A program made the position numbers and the translations under genes. Shown one piece after another: positions 42,485 through 55,748 of a DNA stretch of 64,000 nt. Position 1 is the first letter of the stretch. The number at the start of each line of letters is the position of its first letter. A model generated the notes under the pieces. It ran no database searches and had not been told where the DNA came from. It saw nothing but the letters and a program-made list of their open reading frames with translations. The stretch comes from the human T2T-CHM13v2.0 reference genome, Homo sapiens, in the NCBI RefSeq assembly GCF_009914755.1, contig NC_060945.1. One strand, 5' to 3'.

Positions 42485-43320
42485 GCTGCAGTTCAGCAAA
42501 AGAAACTATCAAAAGAGTAAACAATCCACAGAATGGGGATTCATAAACTATACATCTGACAAAGGTCTGAATGGATGGGGAACTTAATTCAACAAGCAGG
42601 AAATGAAGAACCCCATTAAAAAGTAGGCAAAAGACATGAAGAGACACTTCTAGAAAGAAGACGTGCAAGCAGCCAACAAACATGAAAAAATGCTCATCAT
42701 CACTAATCATCAGAGAAATGAAAATCTAAACTATGATGAGATACCATCTCACACCAGTCAGAATGGCTATTATTAAAAAGACAAAATTTAGCAAATGCCC
42801 AGCAAGGCTGTGGAGAATAGGGATTGCTTATACACTGGAACATACTGAATTTATAGATTAATTTTAGGAGATTTGACATTTTTACCATGTTTATTCTTTC
42901 AATAGATGATTGTGATATATGTTTTCATTTACACATCTTATCTTAATTATTTTATCAGTGTTATGTCACTTTCCGCGTACTGATTCTGTGTATTTTGTCA
43001 AGAACTTTTACTGAATTAATTGATAGAATTGTGATTATTTCTTGTTTAGGCTCTTAATATGATTTGTCACTTTGATTGATTTGAAAGTATTGAAACAGTC
43101 TTGCACTCACAGGATAAATATCACTTCAATAGTACATTGCTGTCATATTTTGGATATTTTGTTGTGGATTTTTATGTCTATTACATGAGGGCAATTGGTC
43201 TACATTTTTATTATTATGAGTTATATGTGTTTGTTTTTTATATGAGAGCAACCCTGGCCTCCTAAAATAAGTTGAGAAATATGTCCACCTCTTTTATGTT
43301 TCAGAAGAGCTTTGTGTTTA

Positions 43321-43643
43321 TTTTTCTCTTTTTTTTTCTTTTCTTTTTTTTTTTTTTTTCTGAGACAGAGGCTTGCTCTGTCCACCAGGCTGGAATACAG
43401 TGGCACAATTTCGACTCACAGCAACCTCCGCCTCCTGGGTTCAGGTGATTCTCCTGACTCAGCCTCCCAAATAGCTGGGATTACAGGTGCATGCCACCAT
43501 GCCCAGCTACTTTTTGTATTTTTAGCAGAGACACAGTTTCACCGTGTTGGCCAGGCTGGTCTTGAACTCATGACCTCAAGTGATTCACCCACCTCGCCCT
43601 CCCAAAGTGCTAGGATTACAGGCATGAGCCACTGTGCCCCACC
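43321..43643 (-). mobile_element. AluS (Sz/Sx-like)
   Basis: Full dimer; TSD TGTGTT(T/C)ATTT. Confidence 0.95.
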
Positions 43644-46464
43644 TGTGTTCATTTGTGTCCCTTGTGCTTTAAAAGGTTGGTATAACTCATCATAAAACCA
43701 GTTGAAACTAGATATTTAATCATTAGAAAATGTTAAAGTACAAATTCAAGCTTTTAAAGTGTAGGTATACACAAGTTAACTTTTTCGTTTTGGTTAAATT
43801 TTGACATTGGTTTGACAATGTGGTTTTCTAGGAATTGGTCTATTCCGTCTAAGTTGCCTTATTTAGGTCCTCAATTATAGCATTACCTTATTATCATTTT
43901 ATTACTGGTTGGATTTGTATTAATATCTTTTGTTTCTTTCCTGCTACTGTCACTGCATGTGTCCCTTTTTTATCTTTGTCATTAGTGCCAGAGTTTACCA
44001 GTTTTCTTGATCTTTTCAAGGAACCACTTTTAGTATCACTGATTTTCTGTTGATTTTCAGTTTTACATTTCATTAATTTCTGCCTCTATATTTATTTCTT
44101 TTCCTCTGCATATGTGATGCTATTTTCTTCTTTTTGTGTGTGGGTCTTTTTTAGTTTCTTCAAATTGAAGTTTAGGTAATTGATTTAAGACTTCTTTTCT
44201 AAGATACAGATTCAACAGTATAAATTCCCCTTCAAGAACTGCTTCAGTTGTGTCACAGAAACTTAATGTACTTCATTGTATTTTGAGTCAGTTTAAAATA
44301 ATTTATAATTTCCTTCAGGCCATATTTTCTTTTAATACTTTCCTAGATTATTTAGAATTGTAGTGTTTAATTTCCAAGTGTTTGTACATTTTTCTGTAAT
44401 ATTTATTGTATTAATTTCTAGTTGAATGGCCAGAGTACATACTTTACATGCTTTTAAGTATTTTAAATTTAAGATCTATTAAAATGTTTATTTGTTATTT
44501 GTTATATTCATGTATTTATTTATGTATGGTATATCTATGTACGGTATGTATGTATGCATCCATGTTTCAGTTTACTTATAATTAATAGTAGGGTCCATTT
44601 TGGTTAACGTTTATGTGTATCTGAAAAAAATTTGTATCTACTTTTTTTTTAAAAAAAGTGTTCTATGTATCAGTTGGATTTAGTTTGACAAAGTTGTTCA
44701 ATTTTCTCATCTTCTCACTGATTATTTTGTCCATTAGTTATTTCTAAAATTCTGGATTTTTCATGCCTATTTTCAGTTCTAACATTTTTGCTTCATATAA
44801 TTTATGACACCCTACTACTTATGTAGGATTGCTATGTATCTTTTGTAAACAGACAATTTTACAGTTATCTCATGTCTCTCTTTATTCCTAGTACTTTTCT
44901 TTGCTCTGAATTCTACTTTGGTATTAGTATCACCACTATAGACATTTTTTGAAACCAGGTTTTATATAATGTATCTCCATTTCTTTAATTTTAATTATTT
45001 TTTTTTGAAATGAATTTCTGGTAGACAGTATATAATTGTGACTTTTTTATCGGGTCTGTTGATCTCAATGTTTTCTTAGTAGTATCAAAATCACTGAAAT
45101 GTAATGCAATTATATACATGTTTGAACTCATGTCTACCATATTATTATTTGTTATTCTGTCACTTTTCTCTGTTTTTTAATTCTCAATTTATCCTTTTTT
45201 GAGATTATTTGAACATATTTTATTATCCATTTTTTATTTCGTCTATTTTTTTCTTTTTATTTCACCTATATTTTAGTTTTTATTTTTAGTGGTTTTTCTG
45301 AAAATTAAAATATACACACCTAAGGTTTACAGTCTGGTTAGAATCAATATTTTATCACTTTATTTAGGAAATATAGAAACTATCACCATATTGGTGTGCC
45401 TACTTCTCTTCTTCATGATATTCATGATGTAGTTATCTATTTACACATTGACTCTACATATATTGAAAACACTATCAGACAAGTTTATAATTCTACTTTC
45501 AACTATAAAGCATATCTTAAGAACTTAAGAGAGGAAGAATAGTCAATTATGTTTATTCAGATAACTATTATTTATGATTTTTTTTCTTAATTCTGATGTT
45601 CTTTATTTCCTTCTAATATCATTCCCTTCCTGTCTGGAGATCATTCCATAGAATTTTTTTTTGGAGCAGGACTGCTGGAGAAAAATTATCTTAGTTTCTT
45701 TTTACTATAAGATGTCTATATTCTACATTCATTCCTAAAATATATTGTTGGTGGATATCAATTTCTGGGTTGACAGTTCTTTCAATATTTAAGCAGTGTT
45801 CCATTTCTGCTTGCTTCCGTAGTTCCTGAGATATGCTCAGTATTTAAAATTATTGCCCTCCTAAAGCAATGTATCATTGTGTTCTGGCTGTTTTCAAGAC
45901 TTTTTCCTTTGTCTTTAAGTTTGATTTTTATATTTCTGAGAATGGATTTCTTTTTGTGCTTAAATTGTTTGGGGATAATGGAGTTTCTTGATTCTTTAGT
46001 TACGTGTATTTCAGTTTATCTGGGAATTTTCGTCCACCATTTATTCAAATAATATTTGTGCATGTCACACTCTCCTTTTTATTTCTATGATTCTGATGAC
46101 ATGCATATTAGACATTTTGTAATTGTCACACAGGTTCTTGACGTTTTGCCAATTTTTTTTCAATCTTTTGTCCTCTATTATTCAAATTGATAGTTTCAGT
46201 TTGTTTAAATGTATTTTCAAATTCACTGACTCATCTTTATTCTGCTACTCAAACCATTTGAATCTCTAATTTTTGTTACTGCATTTTTCAGTTGTCTTTG
46301 TTTTTTGGTGGTTTTGTCTTAATAACTTTTATTTCTTTCCTTAGTCTTTCTAGGTGTCCATTTATTTCAAGAAGAACTGCCCTTACTCCTTGGGACATTT
46401 GAGTAATAGGTTTTAAACTAATTTCTGGTAAGTCTAGTATTTGTTACATCTAGGCTTTATATCT

Positions 46465-46788
46465 CTTTTGTTTTGTTTTTGGGGCCTTTTTTGTTTGTTT
46501 GTTTGAGACAGAGTCTTGCCCTGTTGCCCAGGCTGGAGTGCGGTGGCACCATCTTGGCTCACTGCAAGCTCCACCTCTCAGGTTCACGCCTTTCTCCTGC
46601 CTCAGCCTCCTGAGTAGCTGGGACTGCAGGCGCCCACCACCACTCCCAGCTAAATTTTTTTTTGTATTTTTAGTAGAGACGGGGTTTCACCATGTTAGCC
46701 AGGATGGTCTCAATCTCCTGACCTCATGATCCACCCACCTCGGCCTGCCAAAGTGCTGGAATTACAGGCGTGAGCCACCATGCCGGGC
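46465..46788 (-). mobile_element. AluY
   Basis: GCAAGCTCC, GTTAGCCAGGATGGTCTC; TSD TA(G/T)GCTTTATATCT. Confidence 0.95.
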
Positions 46789-46949
46789 TATGCTTTATAT
46801 CTTATTGATTTCTTCTATCATGCAAGTTGACACTTTCCTGGTTCTTTATATGCCAGATTAATTTGGTTTATATCCTCAGCATATTTTTATGAGGCTCTGA
46901 TTCTTTCTAAAATTCTATGGAGATTTTTATTAAATATATTTTTAAGCAG

Positions 46950-49031
46950 GTATATTAGATTCCTGATGCTGTAACAAGTTACCAAACACTTAGGGCCTTA
47001 AAACAATGCAAATTTATTATAGTACTTTTTGGTCAGAATTCAAAATTGGGCTTTACAGGGTCAAAATCAAGATGTCTGCAGAGCTGTGGGTTTTTCTTTC
47101 TTTCTTTCTTTTTTTTTTTTTTGAAAGATCCTAGTCTTTTCCAGCTTCTAAAGATTGTTCATACTCCTTGGCTTGTGGCCCCCTTCCAGCAGTGCCATCG
47201 TTCTGACAACTTTTCCGTGGTCTCATCTCCTTCTCTAACTCTGTGTCTCCTGCCTTACTCTTTTTTTTCCTCTTTTATTCTTGTTTTTTAACTCTTATTT
47301 TTTTGTTCAGGGGTATGTGCACAAGTTTGTTACATAGATAAACTTGTGTCATGAGGGTTTGTTGTACAAATTTTTCATCACCAAGGTATTAAGCATAGTA
47401 CCCATTAGTTCTTTTTCATAATCCTCTCTCTTTTCCCATCCTTCACCCTCCAATAGGCCCCAATATGTGTTGCTCCCCTATATGTATCCATATGTTCTCA
47501 TCATTCAGTTCCCACTTTTAAGTGAAAACATGTGGTGTTTGGTTTTCTATTACCACATTATTTTGCCAAGGATAATGGCCTTCAGTTCCATGGTATTTCT
47601 GTCTTTACGTCTTTGAGGAATTGCCATACTGTCTTCCACAATGGTTGAACTAATTTACACCCCTGCCAACAGTGTATAAGTGCTCCTTTTTCTCCACAAC
47701 CTCACCAGCATCTGTTACTTTTTGACATTTTAATAATAGCTCTTCTGACTGGTGTGAGATGGTATCTCATTGTGTTTTTGATTTGCATTTCTTTAATGAT
47801 CAGTGATGTTGAGCTTTTTTTCATGTTTGTTGGCTACATGAATATCTTCTTTTAAAAAGTGTCTGTTCATATCCTTTGCCCATTTTTAAAACAGGTTGTT
47901 TTTTTTTCTTGTAAATTTGTTTCAGTTTCTTATAGATGCTGAATATTAGATCTTTGTTAGATGCATAGTTTGAAAAAAATTTCTCCCATTCTGTAGGTTG
48001 TTTCTTCTTTTGATAGTTTGTTTTGCTATGCAGAAGCTCTTTAGTTTAATTAGATCCAAATTGTCAATTTTTGCTTTTGCTGCAATTGCTTTCAGCATTT
48101 GTGTCATAATATTTTTGTCCGTGGCTATGTCCAGAATGGTATTGCCTAGGTTGTCTTCCAGGGTTTTTATACTTTGGGTTTTACATTTAAGTCTTTAATC
48201 CATCTTGAGTTAATTTTTGTATATGGTGTAAGGAAGAGGTCCAGTTTCAATTTCTTTCATATGGATAGACAGTTATTCCAACACCATTTATTAAATAGCG
48301 AATCCTTGCCCCATTGCTTGTTTTTTGTGAAGGTTGTCAAAGATCAGGTAGTTGTTGGTGTGTGGCCTTGTTTCTGGGTTCTCTGTTCTGTTGCACTGGT
48401 CTATGTGTCTGTTCTTATACCAGTATCATGCTGTTTTGATTATTGTATCCCTGTAGTATAGTTTGAAGTCAGGTGGCATGATACCTCCAGCTTTGTTCTT
48501 TTTGCTTAGGATTGCCTCATCTATTCAGGCTCTTTTTCTTTCCATATGAGTTTTAAAATAGTTTTTTCTAGGGCCATGAAGAATCTCAAAGGTAGTTTAA
48601 TAGGAATAGCATTGAATCCATAAGTTGCATTGGGCAGTATGGCCATTTTAATGATATTGATTCTTCCTATCTATGAGCATGGAATGGTTTTCCATTTGTT
48701 TGTGTCATCTCTGATTTCTTTGAGTATTGTTTTGTGGTTCTTTTTGTAGAGATCTTTCACCCCCGTAATTAGCTGCATTCCTAAATATTTTATTCTTTTT
48801 GTGGCAATTGTGAATGGGAGTTGTTTCCTGACATGGCTCTTGGCTAAGTCCTCTTAAAAGCACTCTTTTGATCATGTCGGGCCTATACATAAAATCCAGA
48901 AAAGTCTCTGTATCCCAATTTTCTTAACTGAATCACATATTTATAATCCTTTTGCAATATAGGGTAACATATTCACAAGTTCTGAGGATTTGGATGTGGA
49001 CATCATTGGAGGGCCGTCATTCTGCTAGTAG
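46950..49031 (-). mobile_element. MLT1 (C/D-like) LTR split by an L1 (parts 46950-47274 and 48849-49031)
   Basis: GCTGTAACAAGTTACCA...TTAAAACAATGCAAATTTATTAT; resumes AGGGTAACATATTCACAAGTTCTGAGGATT. Confidence 0.8.
47275..48848 (-). mobile_element. 5'-truncated L1PA (L1PA11-13-like) with internal deletion
   Basis: Antisense 3'UTR and ORF2; TSD TCCTCTT; deletion junction at ~47590. Confidence 0.92.
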
Positions 49032-49217
49032 AATTGATTTTTGAAGTTTATATTGACTGTCTACCTAATCCTTTCAACTCTATTACCTAATTAGGATAGT
49101 AAAAGCTGTGAAACCCAAGATAGACATCTTGCTGGGATTAAATTTGTCTACTTAACACATCATTTTACTCTGAATTATTTTTTGTTCTTCATCCTGGAAG
49201 TGCTGCTTTCTCGTTGA

Positions 49218-49542
<325 letters not shown>

Positions 49543-50973
49543 ATAAATTTTATGCTGCATGCCTCTGACATATTATTTTTTTCTATAGTCACAGACTTGA
49601 AGTATTTTTAATAAGACCTTCAAACTAGGACCAAAAGAAAAGTGGTTATACTGAATATTGTTCCATTCACCTATGCCCTCTCCCTATTACCATAATTTAA
49701 TTTAATTTTATAAGTAAAATGAGGTTTAGTATCTAAAGAGATAGTTGTAAACATTTCCTCAACTACTTGGAGACTAGATTCCTATTCCTATGAACATTTC
49801 TTCCCTTATTTCCAAACGGTTATTAGGTATATTTTTCACTGATCTCATCCTACTTCCTACTTCTTCACTTCAAAGAAAATCAGACAATTTATTTTTTGTG
49901 ACCAAAAAAAAAAAAAAAAGCCCTGCTCATTATGCTCATGAATATCCATTCCCCTCCCTACCTCAGTAACATAACATAGTATAAGAAATTTATATCCAGC
50001 AACTCTACCTTCAGATATCACTTCAAATTGTATTACTTGTACTACCTCGTGGTTACTCTGGAAATGCAATAACTTCAGGAATGACATGTGAACTGTAATG
50101 TGGTTCAGAATACTTTCAAAGTGTTTCAGCAGTGTTACAAGTTCTAGACCCCAGCTTCTAGCAGGATATTGTAGAAGAAAACTTGCGTATTTTACCTATG
50201 TATGTTTATAGATATTTTCTCAGTTCTTTGCTCACTCTAATTTCTTAAGGTTCTTGTCATCTCTCATGTGGTATTATCATCTTTTTGCCTTTACTTAAAC
50301 ACATGGAAAGAAAGGATTTTGTACACCTTATTTTTAAGGCACTTGTACCACAGTGCATTGTGAAGAAAAACTATTTATGCCATACTCTAATACTGACTGG
50401 TTGTTAAATAAATTGTAAGCAAGTAAGTTTTTTTTCCAAGCAGTAAGGTCATCAAAATATTTTACATATTAGCACACATCTTTGAATTTTAACAAACATA
50501 TATATTTAGATCTCTTGTCAGAACACTCTGAAAACTCCACTAACCCATTATACATGTAAAATTTAGGGCATGTGAAGAACTGAGTAGAATTCAACTAAAA
50601 TAAATGGTTCACAAAGCAGTCACCAGCTTGCTTCAGCTGATTTAACAAATAGAGCAATCTGATTTATGGCTCAGTTATTTGTTGGCTGTTATTTTGAGAG
50701 AAGAGGAGAAAGAAAGAGAATCGCTTGCAGTAGTTTTGACAGCACTGTCTCCAGATGTATAGAAATTATCCCCATGGGATAGCCTACTCTTCAGTAGAAA
50801 CTATTGTGAGTACTCTAATTTTACAGGTAGAAATCTTTCTACTGACAAAAGTTAAATATTGTTCTGTAAACTCTTACAAAATCATCACATGGTCAATAAC
50901 TAGATTTTTAAGTCTGTAACTTCCATTTTAAACATATATAATTATTTAGATTTCAGTGTTCTATAAATCCTAA

Positions 50974-51197
50974 TGAGAGATGAAGCCAGCTGGACTTCTG
51001 GGTTGAGTGGGGACTTGGAGAACTTTTCTATGTCTAGCTAAAGGATTGTAAATGCACCAATCAGCACTCTGTAAAATGGACCAATCAGTAGGATGTGGGT
51101 GGGGACAAATAAAGGAATAAAAGCTGGCCACCCCAGGCAGCAGCAGCAACCCATTCAGGTCCCCTTACACGCTGTGGAAGCTTTATTATTTCACACT
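50974..51197 (+). mobile_element. LTR12 (ERV9, LTR12F-like), 3'-truncated
   Basis: TGAGAGATGAAGCCAGCTGG start; CTAAAGGATTGTAAATGCACCAATCAGCACTCTG; AATAAAAGCTGGCCACCC. Confidence 0.9.
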
Positions 51198-51397
51198 AAG
51201 AGGGGTCAAAATACAACAGATTCTTAATACTAAAACACAACATGTTGCTATCTTTTTTCCTTGGATATGTGATTGTGAATCACTAAGGGGCCTTAACAAC
51301 TCTAGAAATATGAACATATAGAAAAGTAATGTATTGTTTGAAGGACAATCCAGTACCTTTGAAAACACCAACTACATAGCTTGAGGAAGATTTAAAA

Positions 51398-51620
51398 CAA
51401 GCTTGTCCAACCCACGACCCGCAGACCACATGTGGGCTCATGAGGGCTTTGAATGCAGCCCAACACAAATTAGTAAACTTTCTTAAAACATTATGAAAAT
51501 AGTTTGCATTTTTCTTTTGCTTATCAGCTATTATTAGTGTTAGTGTATTTTATGTGTAGCCCAAGACAATTCTTCTTCTTCCAATGTGGCCCAGGAAAGC
51601 CAAAAGATTGGACACCCCTG
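51398..51620 (-). mobile_element. MER30 (hAT-Charlie)
   Basis: Termini CAAGCTTGTCCAA / TTGGACACCCCTG; GCCCAAGACAATTCTTCTTCTTCCAATGTGGCCCAGG. Confidence 0.93.
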
Positions 51621-52199
51621 AAAAGAATGAAGGCTGTAAGAAGACTGCCATTGATGGAAGGCAGACTATCTTACTTAGTAAGAATTGAGGATGTTTGTAA
51701 GTGAGGACTGGTAAGGCTACAGGTGACATTTATTTCTTCGTGGTGACTGTACCACCAAGTCCTAATTGAAATGTGGCCATCAGACTGCCCTGCCAAGGAG
51801 AACCTGGTAAATCATTATCAGAAAATTATTTCTTTTACTTATGAATGTCTTTAGGCACAGTTGTCTTGGGAGAAAATTAACCTACTGTAAATGGTTTTCT
51901 AGAAAACCTTAGAATGTTTCTCATTTAATAAAAAACTGAAATTCAAACATGTGTCTTTGTTACATGCATCAACTACGTGCTATGTTTCTAGAAGAAGCAG
52001 TATGGTGACACCTCCTGCACTATTATTCTCTACAGTTTAGCATTTGAGCTAATATTGGACAGTTGAACCTACAGGTTAATCATTCATAAATTTAACAGAT
52101 CCTTTGTAATTTAAAGTGAAAACTTTGAGTATCTCATAAAGCATACATTAATAACATAATAATTAAACACTATTTACCTCTCTTTTAAATATATAACAA

Positions 52200-52393
52200 T
52201 AGCTATTAAATTGCCATATGCATCATAGTCACCTGGGAGAAGTATTAAAATATGGATTGCTGAGCTCCATTGCCAATGCTTCTGATTAATTCAGTAAAAG
52301 GGGGTCCCGATAATGTTTTATTTTTAGAAACTTCCCAGGTTATGCTGGTGCTACTGGTTGGGGCACAACAAACACTTTGAGAAGGAACCGCTG
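52200..52393. mobile_element. MER5A-like (hAT-Charlie)
   Basis: TCACCTGGGAG, TTCCCAGGTTATGCTGGTGCTACTGGT, CACTTTGAGAA. Confidence 0.75.
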
Positions 52394-53166
52394 CTTCATG
52401 GCAAACAATTGTATTGGGAGACATTAGAAATTCTGGTTTCTAGAGACATGTTGTTATAAAAATAATGGAGAATACATTGCATTGTATATAAGAAGTGTAT
52501 TTTATTATCCAAAGCTCTTTAAAATGTCACTGTTGTCAGGATGTAATAACAACATTGAGCTAATGGCTCATAAATAATTACAAACAACAACTGACAAATT
52601 CATTAGCGAAGATCCTGAAATGAAATGGTGTCATCTGAAGAGCATTTATTTTGTAAAAATATTGTTTAGAAATGGATACCTGTTAACTATATGAGATTTG
52701 AATAAGACATAGGTGCTTGAGCTATGCAAAGTGTATTTTTATTTAAACAGAAACTCCTGTCTCAAAAATAAAAATTCAATATAATTTGAACCAGAATTTG
52801 GTTCAAAATGTGGCAACTATATCATTTAGTCATATTCTAAGTGAATAGACAGTAATTCAATCAAGTATAATTGCTTAGTTGAAATATAAGGATAACAAAT
52901 GAGTTACAGCTTTTGCTATTTGATATTTTCTATTCACTCAGAGCCTGTGCTCCCTAGAGTAATTTGTCAACTAAAATGTGATTTAAAGAGGTTACAAAAT
53001 TTTATGAAAAAAATCATCCTATGCCTTTAAAATAGGCAACAACATTTTAATTACTTTAATAAAACAGAAATGGATAATGTGTAGATTATGAGATAATGTA
53101 AAGTCTTTAATATCATGACTGACTTCTAAATGTTCAAATTGTGTGTCATAAAAGTGGATGCTTATG

Positions 53167-53572
<406 letters not shown>

Positions 53573-54175
53573 CTAACCAATTTACGAAAAGAACATGAAT
53601 ATAAAAAGGGTGGTATGAGATATTCTGTTTTTCAAGTGAGCACTCATAAGTGTAGATTAAATAAGTTATCAAAAAATAATTAACAACGAAAAAAACATGA
53701 AACTGGCCTTATACTCAAGAGTTTTCTTTGGTAAACATTAGTTTGTGTACACACTTCATATGTAATTAGAAATAAGAATTGATAAGAAGAGACAACATGC
53801 TTGTGGAAGTTGCAAGAATAATTATTTTCCTTTAGCCTTGACATTTCATTTCCTTCCTACTCTGAAAATTGTCAAATGAAGTTCGGCACCTGCTTGCAGC
53901 CCCTTCCGTGTCTACTAGGGATGCTGAAGTAAACTTTATTATTTGAGATTCTTGTACTGCAAAATGCATAATAGATTTTCATCATGTCTAGTGTTCTCTA
54001 CCTAAGAGGAGCTTAGGAAGAGTTTGCTAGTCATAGTACCAAAAGAAAGACAAATGGACTTATATGCATCTGAAAATCGACTTTTAGATTGAGATTCCCT
54101 AATTTATTCTATATCGGATTTGCACTTTGCCGTTACTATGTTAACTATCCACTCTAAGTTTTTAATCATTTATTC

Positions 54176-54394
54176 TATGGATGATATGATATTATATCAT
54201 ATCTCATATGAGATATGATATAATATGATATGAGATATGATATATGATATAATATGATATGAGATATGATATGATATATGATATAATATGATATGAGATA
54301 TAATATGAGATATGATATAATATGAGATATGATATGAGATATGATAGAATATGATATGAGATATGATATAATATGGATGATATGATATAATATG
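54176..54394. repeat. (ATATG/GATAT)n microsatellite with internal palindrome
   Basis: Direct reading; source of the Ile/Tyr/His-rich ORFs at 54175 and 54197. Confidence 0.95.
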
Positions 54395-54709
54395 TGCTTT
54401 CTCATTCCACGTCCAAACTATATCATTGATTAGAGTATCCTGAAAATCTAATTGATGTTGATTTTCTAAAAATAAATTTCTGAAATACCTGTATTTAGTT
54501 AAGTATTTTATTATTGTAGCTAATCTGAAGGCCAATGTTGTTTTCCAGATATGCCAACCCAAAAAAATATTTGGAGGCATGATGTTATACATATGGGTTT
54601 AGATACACACATAGGTATAAACACATCAGTATATTTTACAAAAGTCATTTTCTTAATGTTTTAAAAAATTTAGTTTGATTTTTAACCATAAATTTTTCAT
54701 GTTGATAAA

Positions 54710-55050
54710 TATTCTTATCTAATAGTATTTTCATATTTATTTCCCATTGTATGACGTATCATGAAAAATTGACAAGTTCTTATTACTGAATATTGAGATT
54801 GTATCAAATGTTTTACTGTTGTAAATAGTACTATACTAGACATCTTTACGGCCGATTTGTTCACTCTTTCTGAATATTTCTTTGGAAATATATATTCAGT
54901 ACTCATTTATCTTTTCAAAATACAAACATATTGCCTAATTGTCCTCCAGTTTGTTTATCCTGGTTTACATATATATCATTTGTATTTGAGAAGCATAACT
55001 CTCTAAAAATTTACCAATATTTCATATTAAGAATGTTTAATTTTTCATAA
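54710..55050 (-). mobile_element. L1ME-like fragment
   Basis: TTTTACTGTTGTAAATAGTACT, ATTGCCTAATTGTCCTCCA. Confidence 0.5.
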
Positions 55051-55729
55051 TAAGTAAATCTGTAGAAATAGATCACATTTCCAAAAACATTGCATAAAAT
55101 GTATGGTGGTAACTATTGAAAATAACAATGTCATAGGTATTCTCAGGACTTCTTTAGAACCAATATAAACACCGATTAAAAGAAAAGAGCAGGGAAGAGA
55201 AATAGCTCACTAATATCCCCGTAAAATCTTTTGTTATACTTAACTAAAAAAATAAATTATATTACATTGTGTTTTCTGCTGTTTTGAAAATACTGAAATG
55301 TTGATCCTTCTCACCAAGTAGAACATTTATAGAAGAGCAATTATTTTTGTAGGGGTGGTGAGATAGAAAGTCTGTAAATTATAACCTAAGTATCAAAATA
55401 ATCCAGCTGTACAGAGTGATGTTATTTCAATCTGGGGCAATACATATTGTCTAGACCACTCTCAAGATATTAAGAAACTCAATGACATTCCTATTCTTTT
55501 AATAATAACAAACATCAACAATAACCATTGTAAATACATTTAGCTCGTACATCTTTACCAGACTCCTGGAAACATGAAATAAAGCCGAAGTCTTACAGAA
55601 TATCGAGGGTTAAGAAGCAAAATTTCACTGCAAATAATGCGTTTTCTTTGATTCATCACTATTTAAATCTATAAACAGAAATTGTGATCTTCAGATGCTG
55701 AATGCCATTTCAATGAAGAATAAAGGAGA

Positions 55730-55748
55730 TACTACCACCTAGTGGTAA
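55730..55748 (-). promoter_or_regulatory. Candidate CTCF site
   Basis: Minus strand TTACCACTAGGTGGTAGTA compared with core CCASYAGRKGGCRS; lies in non-repeat sequence; motif match only. Confidence 0.45.

Larger units (their letters stand above)
41225..42838 (-). mobile_element. L1PA16/L1PB with internal inversion (minus 41225-42073, plus 42076-42838)
   Basis: Antisense 3'UTR switches at ~42074 to sense ORF2 (AAACTAAAGAGCTTCTG...GCTTATACACTG); two Alus inserted later. Confidence 0.85.
42845..46945 (-). mobile_element. Long old L1M (ORF1 and ORF2 5' half), interrupted by two Alus
   Basis: T-rich antisense L1M motifs throughout (TTTTCAAGGAACCACTTT, GTGTTTAATTTCCAAGTG, TGCTCTGAATTCTACTTT, TGGGAATTTTC). 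Confidence 0.75.

Noticed and set aside
50811-50832. TTTTACAG|GTAGAA as a recursive splice site
   Set aside because: The donor is weak and the sequence resembles the common MIR ATTTTACAG motif.
54175-54592. Ile/Tyr/His-rich ORFs
   Set aside because: Translation of the pentamer microsatellite.
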